Assembly: GCF_003918875.1 (NCBI RefSeq)
Contig: NW_025766669.1
Coordinates: forward strand, 3,472,001 to 3,536,000
Length of the DNA stretch: 64,000 nucleotides
Reading direction: 5' to 3'
Origin: Haliotis rubra
Taxonomy: Eukaryota
Below the pieces are notes generated by a model. The model was not told the origin of the DNA, did not search any database, and saw nothing but the letters and a program-made list of their open reading frames with translations. Shown in pieces: positions 28,411-40,386 of this stretch (its first letter is position 1; each line of letters begins with the position of its first letter). The position numbers were made by a program, and so were the translations under genes.

Positions 28411-28472
28411 AGTGACCACGATGTACTAACAGCAAACGTGTTGTAGATTTGGAACGATAGACAACCTTAAAC

Positions 28473-29300
28473 ATGGAAGGAGATAACAAAAATATGAAGA
28501 ACCTGGATGAGAAATTTGTGTTCTGTGCAGTCATGGGAGATAGTATGGTAGGAAAGACCAGCATCTCCGAGACCTATTCTAAGGGATTCTTTAATGAGAA
28601 TTCTGAAACCACAGTATTTGACAACTATGTCGTTCCACTGCAAGTCGCTGGAGAGGAGTTTGTCATCAGTATGTTCGACACTGCAGGAAAGGTATGTTTA
28701 CTCAGATGTTCGCTTAAATTTCGAGTTAACATTGAGAACAGAAACAGCTGCTATGTAAAAGGAACATCGAACTAAATATTTCACATCTGAATTTATAGGA
28801 ATGGTTCCTATTCAATATATTTCAAGGCATCTATGTTTTTCTTCTTTCAAAATGTACACATTGTACTGATCGTCCCTTCTAATTGTTTTCAGAAACGTTT
28901 TGAGAGTCTGAGAATGTTCTCCTACCAGGAATGTGAAGTCCTGCTTCTGTGTTTCTCCACCTGTGACCGGAAGACATTTCACACTGTCAGTGACCTGTGG
29001 ATGCCAGAACTGAAGAGACACTCCAAACAAACCAAACAGAAGAGACCGGTCATCCTCGTTGGCACCAAGATAGACCTCCGGGTCGGCAATGAAGACAGCG
29101 AGGTTAGCACTGACGAGGGTGTCCAACTGGCCAAGGACATTGGTGCTGACTGTTATGTGGAGTGCTCGGCCCGCGACCAGAAGGGTTTGAAGGAGGTCTT
29201 TCAGCATGTTGTCTTCTCCGCTCTCAAATTCAGGAAAAAGAAAACCAACATTCTCAAGAAGCTGTTCAGACGCAGAAGTGCCTCTTTTGCCAACTATTAA
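28473..29300 (+). CDS. Atypical Rho-family small GTPase, array copy 7 (terminal, B-like), intact, 208 aa
   Basis: join(28473..28691,28893..29300). GDSMVGKT, DTAGK, GTKID and ECSA are present. The 3' UTR is diverged from copies 1-6. Confidence 0.93.
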
Positions 29301-30794
29301 ATTCAACAGTCTATGAAGAAAAGAAGTATGCGTCAAGCCTTGTGAATGGGTATTTGAATGTTGTGATATGTGAATGAATCTGAATATCACAAGAACAATG
29401 CTGGGTGACCTACAGTGAGGTTTAACTCTGTTTGCACATTTATATTGGCTTGAGATAATGGATGTTACCCAACTGAGCAAATAAGTTACACACAAAAGCA
29501 TCACGGTACAAATTCGTGATTATGCCAGTGGGAAAATATATACGACTTTATTTGTACATGATATTATAGCAAAGTGTATATGAAATGAAAGGCGGATTAG
29601 TGCTATTTACAACCATGTCCTATGCCTGTTACCAATGACATGTGTTTTGCATGTTCTATTGTTTTCTGTTATCTGTATATGCCTTCAATAAACTATTCAT
29701 GTGTTATGTATCTATATACGTGTTTTGTCTGTATATATCCTCAAGTACAGATACTTATTTGGTCACGTTCAGCCCTAAACAAACTGTAGAAAGTGGTTTT
29801 TTTCCACAATCCTAAAACATAACAGCTAAAAACAGCATCCGTTGCACAAAATATGTCAAACACATGTATCTATTAATCACTATAAAATAGTGTAGACACC
29901 GGGTGTTCCCGAAAGGGTAAGCGTACCCTGCCCTCACCAGTTCGATCTGTCACAAACACAAACAAGTCACGAAATTACATGGAGGAACCCTCAGATGAAA
30001 CAACTTTTGAGAAAAAGCTTTATGATGGGTTTCTTTTCTTGCAATCACGATAGAACGAGCATGCCCGAATGTGCCTCACAGTCGCGAACGATGGACACCA
30101 AAGGCTGAAGCTCTTTCTATATTGCACACAAAAACATGGAATGTGTGCATTTCTCGTGATCCTGTTTTGCCAACTTTCAAAAGTCAAAAGTCAGCCAATG
30201 ACTTCAATAAACATTTCACATCTACCTTCACGGAAAGAAGACGATGATGATAATATTCTTCTCCAACACAGAAAAGAACTAATGTACTTCGAAGGAGCTG
30301 AGGTTACTTGACAGGATCTGTTCGTCTGGCTTCCAGCCATCGATTAATCCTATACGATAAAGAGCTTTACTGACGTTTAATAACTCAAAAATGAATAATA
30401 CGAGTTCCTTCACGTGCGGTGACATGTGTTTATATCTTTGCTATTTCATGCCTTTTCAGATAAGAAACAATATGATATTGATGTTGTGTTGTTATTTCTT
30501 ATATTTCTGTTTAAAATCTTTATACTTTTTCGTCTTCCTGTTTTACAACTTTCAAAAGTTAAGCAGTGACGGCATTCAACATTTTATATCTACATTCACA
30601 GAAAGAACACGATAATGATAATATTCTTCTACAACACAGAAAACAACTAATGCACTTTGAAGGAGCCGAGGCTACTTGACAGGATGTGTTCGTTTGGCTT
30701 CCGTTCATCGAAGCCTTATCCCTTTATTCAAGGAAAACAACCCTTTCATTTGTATGTATCCAATCAGGCGTGTTGGTTTAGCCACTCTGATGCA

Positions 30795-30994
30795 ATACAG
30801 AACAAACTTTATCAATAACAACTTCTTTTTAATCGTGAGTGCGACGTTTCGATACAGATTCTTGCACCGTTGTCAAGCATAACGGTACAAGAATCTGTAT
30901 CGAAACGTCGCACTCACGAATAAAAAGAAGTTGTTATCCATAAAGTTTGTTCGATATTGTACTTCCCAACTTCTAAACTGCCTCTCAAAGAAGT
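30795..30994. mobile_element. Penelope-like element remnant (inverted terminal segment) with 12-bp target duplication
   Basis: ~70-bp inverted arms across ~30800-30952 contain CGACGTTTCG / CGAAACGTCG and AATAAA. CACTCTGATGCA is duplicated at 30783-30794 and 30995-31006. The homologous array site is empty. Confidence 0.75.
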
Positions 30995-31295
30995 CACTCT
31001 GATGCAGACAAGTACAGAGTCAACAACGCTATATTAGGCATACATTTCCCAAGAATTCCTCTAATTTGAAAACTAGTAATAATTACCAAACAAAATGGCT
31101 CATTTGAACCAGACATTAGAAATTGGTGCTGTAAAGGCATGGACAAATATACGAAAGAGACGAAAAATAAGGAAAGATCTCCAAAACAAATATATGTTTG
31201 GAAAAGAGAAGACTTGAATAATTCTCACCCGTGGCAATGTAGTGTTTATTAAAGTACAAACAGATGATCATAAGGTCTTTGAGAGGCATTTAGAT

Positions 31296-31458
31296 TGACT
31301 GAGTTTGGGTTTTACGCCGCTTTTAGCAATATTCCAGCAACATCACGGCGGGGGACACCAGAAATGGGCTTCACACATTGTACCCATGTGGGGATTCGAA
31401 CCCGGGTCTTCGGCGTGACGAGCAAACGCTTTAACCACTAGGCTACCCCACCGCCCCT
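31296..31458 (-). mobile_element. tRNA-derived SINE family B
   Basis: A box TAGCCTAGTGG and B box GGTTCGAATCC on the minus strand. 14-bp TSD GAGAGGCATTTAGA at 31281 and 31460. Confidence 0.92.
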
Positions 31459-32039
31459 AGAGAGGCATTTAGAAGTTGGTGTGATGAACAACGGGGAGAG
31501 TTCCATGGATATACAACTTATTGTTATTAATATAAGCGATGATGATAACGTCTGAAGGGTAACGTCAGACATTCAGTTTGATAACTTGGTAACACCTGAG
31601 GCCATACCATGATGTATGAAGGCATGTGGGAAACAAGAACACCTTGTACATTGAAGGGTACGACACCGTCCATACATGCACCTATTTCATAAAACATTAC
31701 TTGAACACTCTTACCAAACATTTCATTTATAGATTGAGATGCAATAATTATGCTCGATGTTCATACGAAAATGTTCATATCATATAAGAATACTCAAATG
31801 GCACCTTCATCATTACAGGTTTCTATTTATTGATAAGAACTTTGTTGGGGCATCCGTTATGCCCAAAATCTTAATATATGAGAGATCGTCTAATTGCTGA
31901 TGAACCTGTCAAGATTAGTGAAAAGCTATTTTCTTCCACGTGAGCCAGACTATTTTAACCACTGCTAAAAAAAGACCCAAGCTAAATTGATAAGGGTGAA
32001 CATACATACAAGTCGATCTCTACACGCAACTGTTTGTGA

Positions 32040-32952
32040 AATAGGATAAATAAACTTGCTAACACTTTCCATTCAAATGAACTGTTGGAGTTGAATTTGC
32101 AGTGATGTTATTTTAATACTGAAACTCATCTCGTGTCTCTTCCATCTGTATTGTTTCACCCAGTCTCAATTATCCAGAAACACTAATCCCTACATTCGAT
32201 TAATCCAATCCGACGTATTTGCTTAACCACTCAGAATTAGACAACGAGGAACACCAGAAAACATACTGGCAGTGGTGCTATATGTCACTAATCAAGCGTT
32301 GAGATCCAAACAAATACTCTAATTAGACAGCTACTGATCATTGTCTGTCGTTTACGAACGAGACAGCTCAAGACGGTCATCTCAGACTTTGACACCAATG
32401 AGAGCACGTGATACCTCCCTAATTAGAGGTTATGTCTTCAGGTTAATCGGGAATATCTATCTATTTTATCCCAACAATGTACTCACCTCCGCCTTCGAAA
32501 TTCGCATTGTGTCGGAAAGCGCTCGTAAAATCGCCAAAGTCATCATCATTGATGGATCGATAGATAAGCATGAAGATTGGAAAAAAAGATATGGGTGAGG
32601 TGAGGTGAAATTGGGTTTAACGTCGTTCTTGAGAATATTTCGCTCAAATGACGACGTGCATGCGAGTTTATGTGTATGTGCGGCTGCTTGTACTAGCCCA
32701 GACTGAAGCTGGTTTTATAGTGCTAGCCCTCTGAGATACCATGCCGCAGTGAAGCATGAATACCCCACTCAGACACATTATACTGACTCCGAGCCGACCA
32801 GTCCTTGTTGTACCCATTAATGCCGAACGCCAGGCAGGGACCAACAAGTACCATATTTTAACGTCTTTTGGTATGACGCGGTCGGGGATCGAACCCGCGA
32901 CCTTCCGCTCTCCGGTCGGGAAAAAAAAAGATATGAAGAACCTTGATGATGT
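32040..32952 (+). pseudogene. Remnant of an 8th array-type GTPase copy (promoter region plus first codons)
   Basis: 32040-32490 aligns with the array upstream region. ATGAAGATTGGAAAAAAAGATATG (32570) and GATATGAAGAACCTTGATGAT (32930-32950) match the exon 1 start M-K-x-G-x-K-x-MKNLD, split by a SINE. The rest of the gene is absent. Confidence 0.75.
32594..32917 (-). mobile_element. 5'-truncated tRNA-derived SINE family C
   Basis: Minus strand has B box GGTTCGATCCC, body GTCATACCAAAAGACGTTAAAATATGGTAC..TGCCTGGCGTTCGGCATTAA (resembles the Meta-SINE central domain from memory, unverified) and a (CACCT)n tail. Flanked by a GGAAAAAAA(A)GATATG duplication. Confidence 0.85.
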
Positions 32953-32955
32953 ACA

Positions 32956-33219
32956 GTGAGTGAGTTTAGTTTTACGCCGCACTCAGCAATATTCCAGCTA
33001 CATGGCGGGTGTCTGTAAATAAGCGAGCCTGGACCAGACAATCCAGTGATCAACAGCATGAGCATCGATCTGCGCAATTGGGAACCGATGACATGTGTCA
33101 ACCAAGTCAGCGAGCCTGACCACCCGATCCCGTTAGTCGCCTCTTACGACAAGCATAGTCGCCTTTTGTAGCAAGCATGGGTTGCTGAAGGCCTATGCTA
33201 CCCCGGATCTTCACAGGTC
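32956..33219 (-). mobile_element. SINE-like family A, variant subfamily
   Basis: Full-length reverse copy with a duplicated ATGCTTG..AGGCGACTA segment. Confidence 0.9.
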
Positions 33220-33519
33220 GTGTGGGTATGGGTTGGGGTGGAGGGTGGGGTAAAGGTAGAGGTGGTTGGGTGTGTAGTTGGGGGTGGGGGTGGCTGTGTT
33301 GTATCGGGTCGGACTTAAAACACACTCTCTCTCTTTACTGTCACTGTCTTTATTGCTCTAACACGCTCTCGTATTATATTACCTCTGAACTGTACTGCCA
33401 CAGACCCTACACTGCCATTGTCATACCTTTGAAAAAGAACTGGAATTTTCGTATCAAGTCCTATCTACAGAACATCAACTTTAACATCCCAGGCCCAGAC
33501 ATTCCCATTGAAAAACCTG

Positions 33520-34290
33520 TTACTAAAACTTGTACATAAAGTCTCCTTTGAAAGTTACGTGTCAGAATGGGAGAAGAAACTACAAGCAGATACAGCACGC
33601 CGAGGGTTGGGTGGAAACAAACTTCGATCATACAAAACCTTTAAGACTACTTACGCCCCAGAACCGTATGTTCGAATCCCGATATCAAGAGCACAAAGAA
33701 GTTCACTAGCAAAATTCAGATGCGGAGTTGGGCCCGAGACAGCAGATATGAAAACACCCAAGTGGAGAGAGGACTTTGTTTAACTGTGCAGACTGTGTCG
33801 AGAATGAAGCACACGTTCTTTTAAACTGTCCACTTTATAACGAAGAGCGTAAAAATCTCTTCACTGCTAGCATGGATAAGTGGCCTGATTTAGATAGATT
33901 ACATGGAGACCACATGTTTAGTCTTATGTTTATTTTATCATGATGTTTATTTTATCATGATGTTTATTTTATCATGATGTTTATTTATCATGATGTTTAT
34001 TTTATCATGATGTTTATCTTACATTGTTTACATGTTTATTTTATCATGCATGTGCGGAAACACTGCCAACGAAGAAGTATTCTATATACGTATCTTCTTT
34101 ATCTAAATGTACATATTGTTCATACTACAACTATATATATGTTACTCTTTCTTACTGTATTTTATATTACACTTTTATTGTAAGTCTCTCATGAATCGCT
34201 GCGCGATAGGTTGTTCCTGCTTGCGTTGATGTGTACATTGTTAATGGCTGAAAAACAAGTGAGACTGTAATAAATAATCTGTCTGTCTGT
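33520..34290 (+). mobile_element. 3' fragment of a non-LTR retrotransposon (RTEX-like C-terminal CCHC region)
   Basis: KLRSYKTFK..EPYV..RSSLAKFRCGV, then frameshifted LCFNC..VENEAHVLLNCPLY. Ends in AATAAA plus (CTGT)n. Confidence 0.8.
33925..34050 (+). repeat. 17-bp tandem repeat TGTTTATTTTATCATGA
   Basis: About 6-7 copies inside the LINE fragment. Confidence 0.9.
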
Positions 34291-35799
34291 CGTATTATTT
34301 TGTGAACTTAGTTTATTTTAGAATACAATAATTATTGTTGATTACAACACATTGCTTTATTGTTTGTTGGTTTCAGAGCTAGTTCCTTTCGGACTGTTTC
34401 AGGGTATCATTTTTAGTTTCAACTTGGGAATCAACACGTTGGTAAGTCTCCCTGCCATGGATATTTGTATATGCCTGAACGTGAATGTTAATCTTTAGCA
34501 TCTAAAGTCTGTAAACACCAAATTGTTATCTAATTATCACAGATTCATTTTGAGGTCTTCCAATGAGTCATGTCAGGCGGCCATTGAGCGCGTGCTTCAA
34601 ACACCTCTTCAGGCCAACAGAGAGTAGGTCGCCTCGAGTCGGCGCTACACGTTTTCTTGGTCGATATTCATCAAGGACGATGGTTAGTGCCACAGGCGTA
34701 TGTGTTTGAGTCGAAATAAATCTTGGCTTAGACGTTGTATATTATCTGTATCGTTCCCTGTATGATCGACATATACCTCATATAGACAAGTCGTTCATTT
34801 ATCCACATAAGCACACGGCATTTCAATACTGTTAGAAAACAATCACCCTTGTTTACCAAACAAATTTCTCCATTCAAGAGTCTTCAGGTGTATTTCTTTA
34901 TTTTCCTGCAATTTTGTATGCATTTGTTACCCCTTTGTAAGAAGTTATTGGAGGTAATTTGAGAAACGTGCGCCCTTTTGTTGACGTTAGATTACTGTTT
35001 AAATGCCGGCTTTAAGATAATTATTAAACAGGGAATTAGTCTGTTTTAAGCATGGAGACCGGAAGACATTCCTTACGGAGACACATCGTTAACGTAAACA
35101 AGTGAAGAAATGCCGCCTTTCTGAGGTGACAAATTACTAAGTGGCACGGAGTCTGTTCCAGCGGTGTAAATGGTCTATCGTATATGTTCTGTATTTGGTG
35201 CGATACTTTTTGTTTTTCGTCAGAAACAACGCTTATCAGTTGGCAGACAATTAATCAGGGAATAATTGCGGGAAAAACATGCAACTAATATTATTCATTA
35301 TGCCCCAGTACACGAAGTTTTTTTACTACATAAATTGTTCTTCTCTTGTAACATGTGGCAATGCAAACATACTTATTCTACTACATGTCAAAACCCATTT
35401 CCATAGTCATTAGATATAGCCCCTGAAAGATGAGTTGGTTGCACGATATATACTGAGGGAAACAAATAAGGGAACACCACCTCATCGCATTATATATTTT
35501 CATTGCATGTTTTCAGAGTTAAAGCCACAGTGCAAAACAAAGCTTGAAAAGAATATATGAACATTTGTGCTTTCATGTGTTCCTCTATTTGTTTCCATGA
35601 GTATATTATAATTATATAACCCTAAAAGCTGTTTCCACTGTGCGACCCCCAGTATATCATGAGCTTGTGTTTATGAATAGCTACCAAATAGTGGTGTTGC
35701 CATGGTGATCGTATCCTCTGCGACCAGTGGAACCCGTCACAAACACACGCAGAGGCCAGTCATCTGTACACCTGAAAAAAAACAAAGGACCATCAGGTA

Positions 35800-36300
35800 C
35801 AACTGGAAAGGTCAAAAGATCATTTTATGATATGAATAGTTTCATCAAAAAGTTTTGTAAAAAAAGGATAAGGTCAGACTTGTTGGCTTGGAAACGCCTA
35901 TGTACGGGCATATTCAAGAATATTATATAATTGCCATTTTCCATGACATCGTCTACATATTCTGGGTCGTACCATGAATGTCCCTCTCTGTCAAAACCAC
36001 AAGCATTGTAAGACTGTACTAAAAGACCAAGAAAGGTCAAGGTTCCGGACAGTCTCTTTATCTATAACATAATCTGCATTTATTGTTTTGAATTACGGTT
36101 TGTTGCCAAACCACACATTGCTGGCTTCGAATGGAAAGTGACTGGTCCTGAGCAGCAAACGGAAAGCCTTCTCTTTCGACTTTCAGGCCAATCCTCCAAG
36201 CGTAGGACTCGACAGGGCTGCTCTTCTTCTTAACACACTGTACAGTCTCAAAAACTTGGTGCCATACTCTTGAGATGGGGGTGAAATGAAGGTAACAAAG
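35800..36300 (-). mobile_element. Highly decayed L1/Tx1-like LINE 3' region
   Basis: Broken minus-strand translation NNKCRLCYR..KETVRNL..LVQSY..NYIIFL resembles the zf-RVT-type C-terminus (CxxC..ET.xHL..VQxFW). Confidence 0.4.
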
Positions 36301-36364
36301 TCTGTTCGTGTCAACTGGTTATAGTGTCATTGTCCCATGACCTATATAAGTGTTTGCTTATACT

Positions 36365-36595
36365 GTTGTTGTTTAACGCCACACTCAGCAATACTCCAGC
36401 TATATAGCGGCGGTCTGTAAATAATCGAGTCTCGACCAGACCATCCAGTGATCAACAGCATGACCATCGATCTACGCAACTGCGATGCGATGACATGTGT
36501 CAACCAAGTCAGCGAGCCTGATCACTCGATCCCGTTTGTCGCCACTCACGACAAGGATAGGTTGCTGAAGACCAATTCCAACCGAATCTTCGCGA
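36365..36595 (-). mobile_element. SINE-like family A
   Basis: Diverged reverse copy with an (AAC)n tail. Confidence 0.85.
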
Positions 36596-37004
36596 GTGCA
36601 TTGGTGTGGAAATAGCTACAACCTGGTATCAACATCTCCATCTTCCTTTCGTAGCTGCAACACAGTGTCGAAACATTCTGACGGATCTGCTGATTGACAC
36701 GGTCCGTGACTTTTGGGTTTTCTTAAGGATTACTTGGAAAAGAACACTCACTACCAAAAAGGATCATCATGAAAGACACTTCAAGCAGTTGGTGGTGATG
36801 ATATAGTTTTAGGGTGACTTGGACCAGAAGTAGGGTCTATTTGCGCCTAACACATTAATTGAAATTGAACCATCACAAATATAAGTAGGCATACTGCAAA
36901 TGTTTATGGTAACCTTGCATAAAAAGGACAGGATCTTCTGCTTAGTAACTTGTATTAAAACATCATACAACCAATTTTGGTTTTGAGACGGTAAAAAAAT
37001 CCTT

Positions 37005-37100
37005 CACACACACACACACACACACACACTCTCTCTCTCTCTCTCTCACTCACTCACTCACACACACACACACACACACACACACCACCACCCCCCCCCA
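37005..37100. repeat. Compound microsatellite (CA)n(CT)n(CACT)n(CA)n
   Basis: Directly visible. Confidence 0.95.
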
Positions 37101-38223
37101 AAAAACCCACAAAAATATTAGGCTTGTACAATAAAAAACAACAGAAAATCAAACAGAAAAAGAAACATTAAAACGATTTAAAAGCAATACATATATTTGT
37201 TTAATATTTCTACTGGATGATGGCACATGCTTAGATTGTCTCATATTTGCCCGATGCAGCAACGTACTGTAATCACAGGCAAACTGTAGCGCAAATAGGG
37301 TTGCGCAACAAAGAGGAAATGACCAGTCTTGAGCGGAGCGAGCAAAGGTTGGCAACGTACTTCCCTCGCTTCGGTTCGAAAAATGTTTCAAATATCAAAA
37401 TAAAATATCGCCACCATCAAAGGTAGACACCGATTTCCTCACAGGGTTGTGCTCTCAGATTTCCAAGATCATATTTAATAATTACTCACGTAAAATATAT
37501 TTAATTCAACATTCTAAGCGCCACTCGTGGTATATCAAATCGTTCTTCGCCTCCATTACCCCCACCAGCTTCCGGTTCATAACGGGAAGATATTACCATG
37601 GCTGCCTTGACAAGCATCGGGTACTGACGTCCTCGGTTTATCCGAGAATCCCATCAAGTTAGTTGTCAGGTAACAGGACCAAGAAACAATCAAAATATAA
37701 AATATAAACGATTGTTTGTTTTCACACTGAGACCACAATGGGACTCAGATTGATATCTGTTTTCTGCATCCGTTGCCAGGAAACAGCTTCAGATGCCGAT
37801 GGTATTTTCAGATAATGTGAAATTGCAGACTCATTTTCGGAGACCCCACGGACCTTTCAGTGTTAGCGTTATGTTCTAACCCAGTTCGTAATGAGATTAT
37901 TTCGTTCAGAAAGTTCGAACTGAAATCATGTTGAAGTATCTATTCTAGCGTCAGCAACCCGCTATGCCAATAAGCATTATCATGTCTGTATACACACTGG
38001 GACAGATGAGCGTCAGCTTCACCTATCTGAACGCCATTGGTTGCATCACATTTAAGTGCAATATATACTCATGCCAATAATGGTTGTCACCACCACCCCA
38101 CCCCACCCTCCACACCCCTCCCCACACCCACACCTCACACCCCCTCTCCAATAAAAAAAACTGAAAGGGGTGACAACCGTTATTGGCATGAGTATATTTG
38201 GCTGCACAGAACTCATGCCTGAA

Positions 38224-38468
38224 GACACGTGAAGTTCCAGTTTAGAATTGATCTTCAGTAACCCATGCTTGTCGTAAGAGGCGACTAACGGGATTGGGTG
38301 GTCAGGTTCGCTGACTTGGTTGACACATGTCATCGGTTCCCAATTGCGTAGATCGATGCTCATGCTGTTGATCAGTGGATTGTCTGATCCGGACTCGATT
38401 ACTTACAGACCGTCGCCTTATAGTTGGAATATTGCTGAGTGCGGCGTTAAACAACAAAGCAACCAACC
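38224..38468 (+). mobile_element. SINE-like family A
   Basis: Full-length match to the family A head, body and tail. Confidence 0.9.
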
Positions 38469-38878
38469 TACCAGCATACCTGGAACCACAAATCGGCTGA
38501 ACTAATCGAACCACTGTCACTAGTCCCGCAGTCAATGAAGTGTCGTAAAATCCGACTTAGTCCACCGTCGCGGTTTCGTCGTTTGCACCAAACGTCGAGG
38601 TCGCACATGTCGGTGAACGCAATCAGTTGCTCCTGCCGGGTGAAAATCTCTGATGGAAAATCGATATTCGCTGATCAGGTTTTGGACGGCGCATGTTTCT
38701 ATACACCGCGTGGTGTCGTCGTCTCGCGTATATCGGCCGTGTCAGCTCGGGTTCAACTTTTTAGTTTCCCTGGGTGAAACTCTTCATGTTAACTGGGCAC
38801 AAAAATGAACGGAATCTAAATTCAGACTTCAGATCATAAGCGCCTCTGGACTTCAATATAGCTAGATGTCAGTAATCA

Positions 38879-38988
38879 GGACCCCTTTTTCAGAAAGCTA
38901 ACATAGCGCTACGACTGTCGTAAGTATATGTTACAGTATAGGAGGCACGGCAGTCGTAGCGCTACGATAGCTTTGTGAAACGGGGCCC
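38879..38988. mobile_element. Palindromic MITE (PIF/Harbinger-like)
   Basis: Imperfect inverted arms GGACCCC..AAAGCTA..TAGCGCTACGACTG / CAGTCGTAGCGCTA..TAGCTTT..GGGGCCC. Related to 58708-58811. Confidence 0.65.
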
Positions 38989-39494
38989 AGATATCTAAGA
39001 CTGTATCTGTCATACAACCAGGTGAACCTGTAACTGCCAGAAGCTCTCCAGCTACATCTTTTCAAAGGACAAGGTATGATAAGGGTGGTTTTTGGCCCAC
39101 AAACTGAATTGGCTGAACACATGTTATTTGTTTAGAGACAAGATGGCTTTGCATAAAAAAGCTAATTTTTAAATGATCTGAGGCCATAATTTCAATGCAG
39201 AGGGGCCAAAAATGGGTTTTATCAGTTCCCATGAAAAAATAACAAGACATCTGAAATATCAGTGTGCCATAATGACTTATATACAACTATCAGTTTATTT
39301 ACATACAAATAGTATCAGTTTTACAACAGGTATTCATGATGAAAAACATGTCAACATCAATCACAAGGTTTTAACTTCAAGGGGCCCAATTAGGGTTGCC
39401 ATACATTGTGAACAGTAATTCAATTACTTGCCAATTAATTGATTACAAAAAAGCTCATTATTCACAACTTTCTTTGCAAACAAACTATAGGTCA

Positions 39495-40360
39495 ATTTTA
39501 CAACATGTACTTATGATAACCAATCATGTCCCACGAAAAATCACAGGGGCCCATTTTAGGTCTAATTACATTTTGGGCACAGCTTGATTTGAACAAGTAA
39601 GTGTTAAAAGTCAGTATTCACAACCGGTTTTAGCAAATATACAGTAAACATCTCATTCACAACATGTTACTACAATAACCAATCATGTTGCACTAAAAAT
39701 CACAGGTCTTGACCTCAAAGGGGCCTATTTCAGGTGAAATTACATTCTTGGCACAGCTTGATTTAACACCATGTAAGTGTTAAAAGTCAGGATTTACAAC
39801 ATTCTTGCAAATATACAGTAAACATCTCATTCACAACATGTTGTTATAATAACCAATCATGCTTCCCTAAATATCACAGGTCTTGACCTCAAAGGGGGCC
39901 ATTTTTGGTGGAATTACATTCTTGGCACTGAGCTTGATATTAACACCATGTAAGTGTTAAAAGTCAGTATTTACAACATTCTTGCAAATATATACAGTAA
40001 ACATCTCATTCTCAACATGTTGTTATAATATAACCAATCATGTTGCACTAAAAATCACAGGTCTTGACCTCGGCCTATTTCAGGTGAAATTACTTTCTTG
40101 GCACAGCTTGATTTAACACCATGTAAGTGTTAAAAGTCAGTATTTACAACATTCTTGCAAATATATACAGTAAACATCTCATTCTCAACATGTTGTTATA
40201 ATAACCAATCATGTTGCACTAAAAAGCACAGGTCTTGACCTCAAAGGGGCCTATTTCAGGTGAAATTACATTCTTGGCACAGCTTGATTTTGACACCAAG
40301 TAAGTGTTAAAAGTCAGTATTAAAAAATCTTCAAAAAGTAATTATTCACATCTCATTCAC
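39495..40360 (+). repeat. ~175-180 bp tandem repeat, ~5 copies
   Basis: ACAGTAAACATCTCATT recurs at ~39641, 39815, 39994 and 40167, with degenerate copies at both edges. Confidence 0.93.
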
Positions 40361-40386
40361 AGCAAAGATATATAAAACATCCACTT

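Larger units (their letters stand above)
1..29310 (+). repeat. Tandem gene array: ~8.3 kb higher-order unit made of an A subunit and a B subunit (~4.1-4.2 kb each), ~3.5 units
   Basis: The anchor AGCT(T/A)GTGAGAAAT recurs at 1, 8085, 16399 and 24735 (periods 8084, 8314, 8336). The ORF track repeats nearly identically in each unit. A and B subunits are diverged homologues, each carrying one GTPase gene. Confidence 0.97.

Noticed and set aside
6942-29504. Long minus-strand ORFs (175-230 aa, MYFFLSSNNSVLNL...) and alternative-frame ORFs over exon 2
   Set aside because: They are antisense or shifted-frame shadows of the GTPase exon 2. Their recurrence is explained by the duplication, and they have no recognisable domain.
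34377-34441. Isolated 65-nt plus-strand exon-like segment (tttcAG..GTAAGT)
   Set aside because: No partner exon or recognisable product was found, so it cannot be supported without transcript data.
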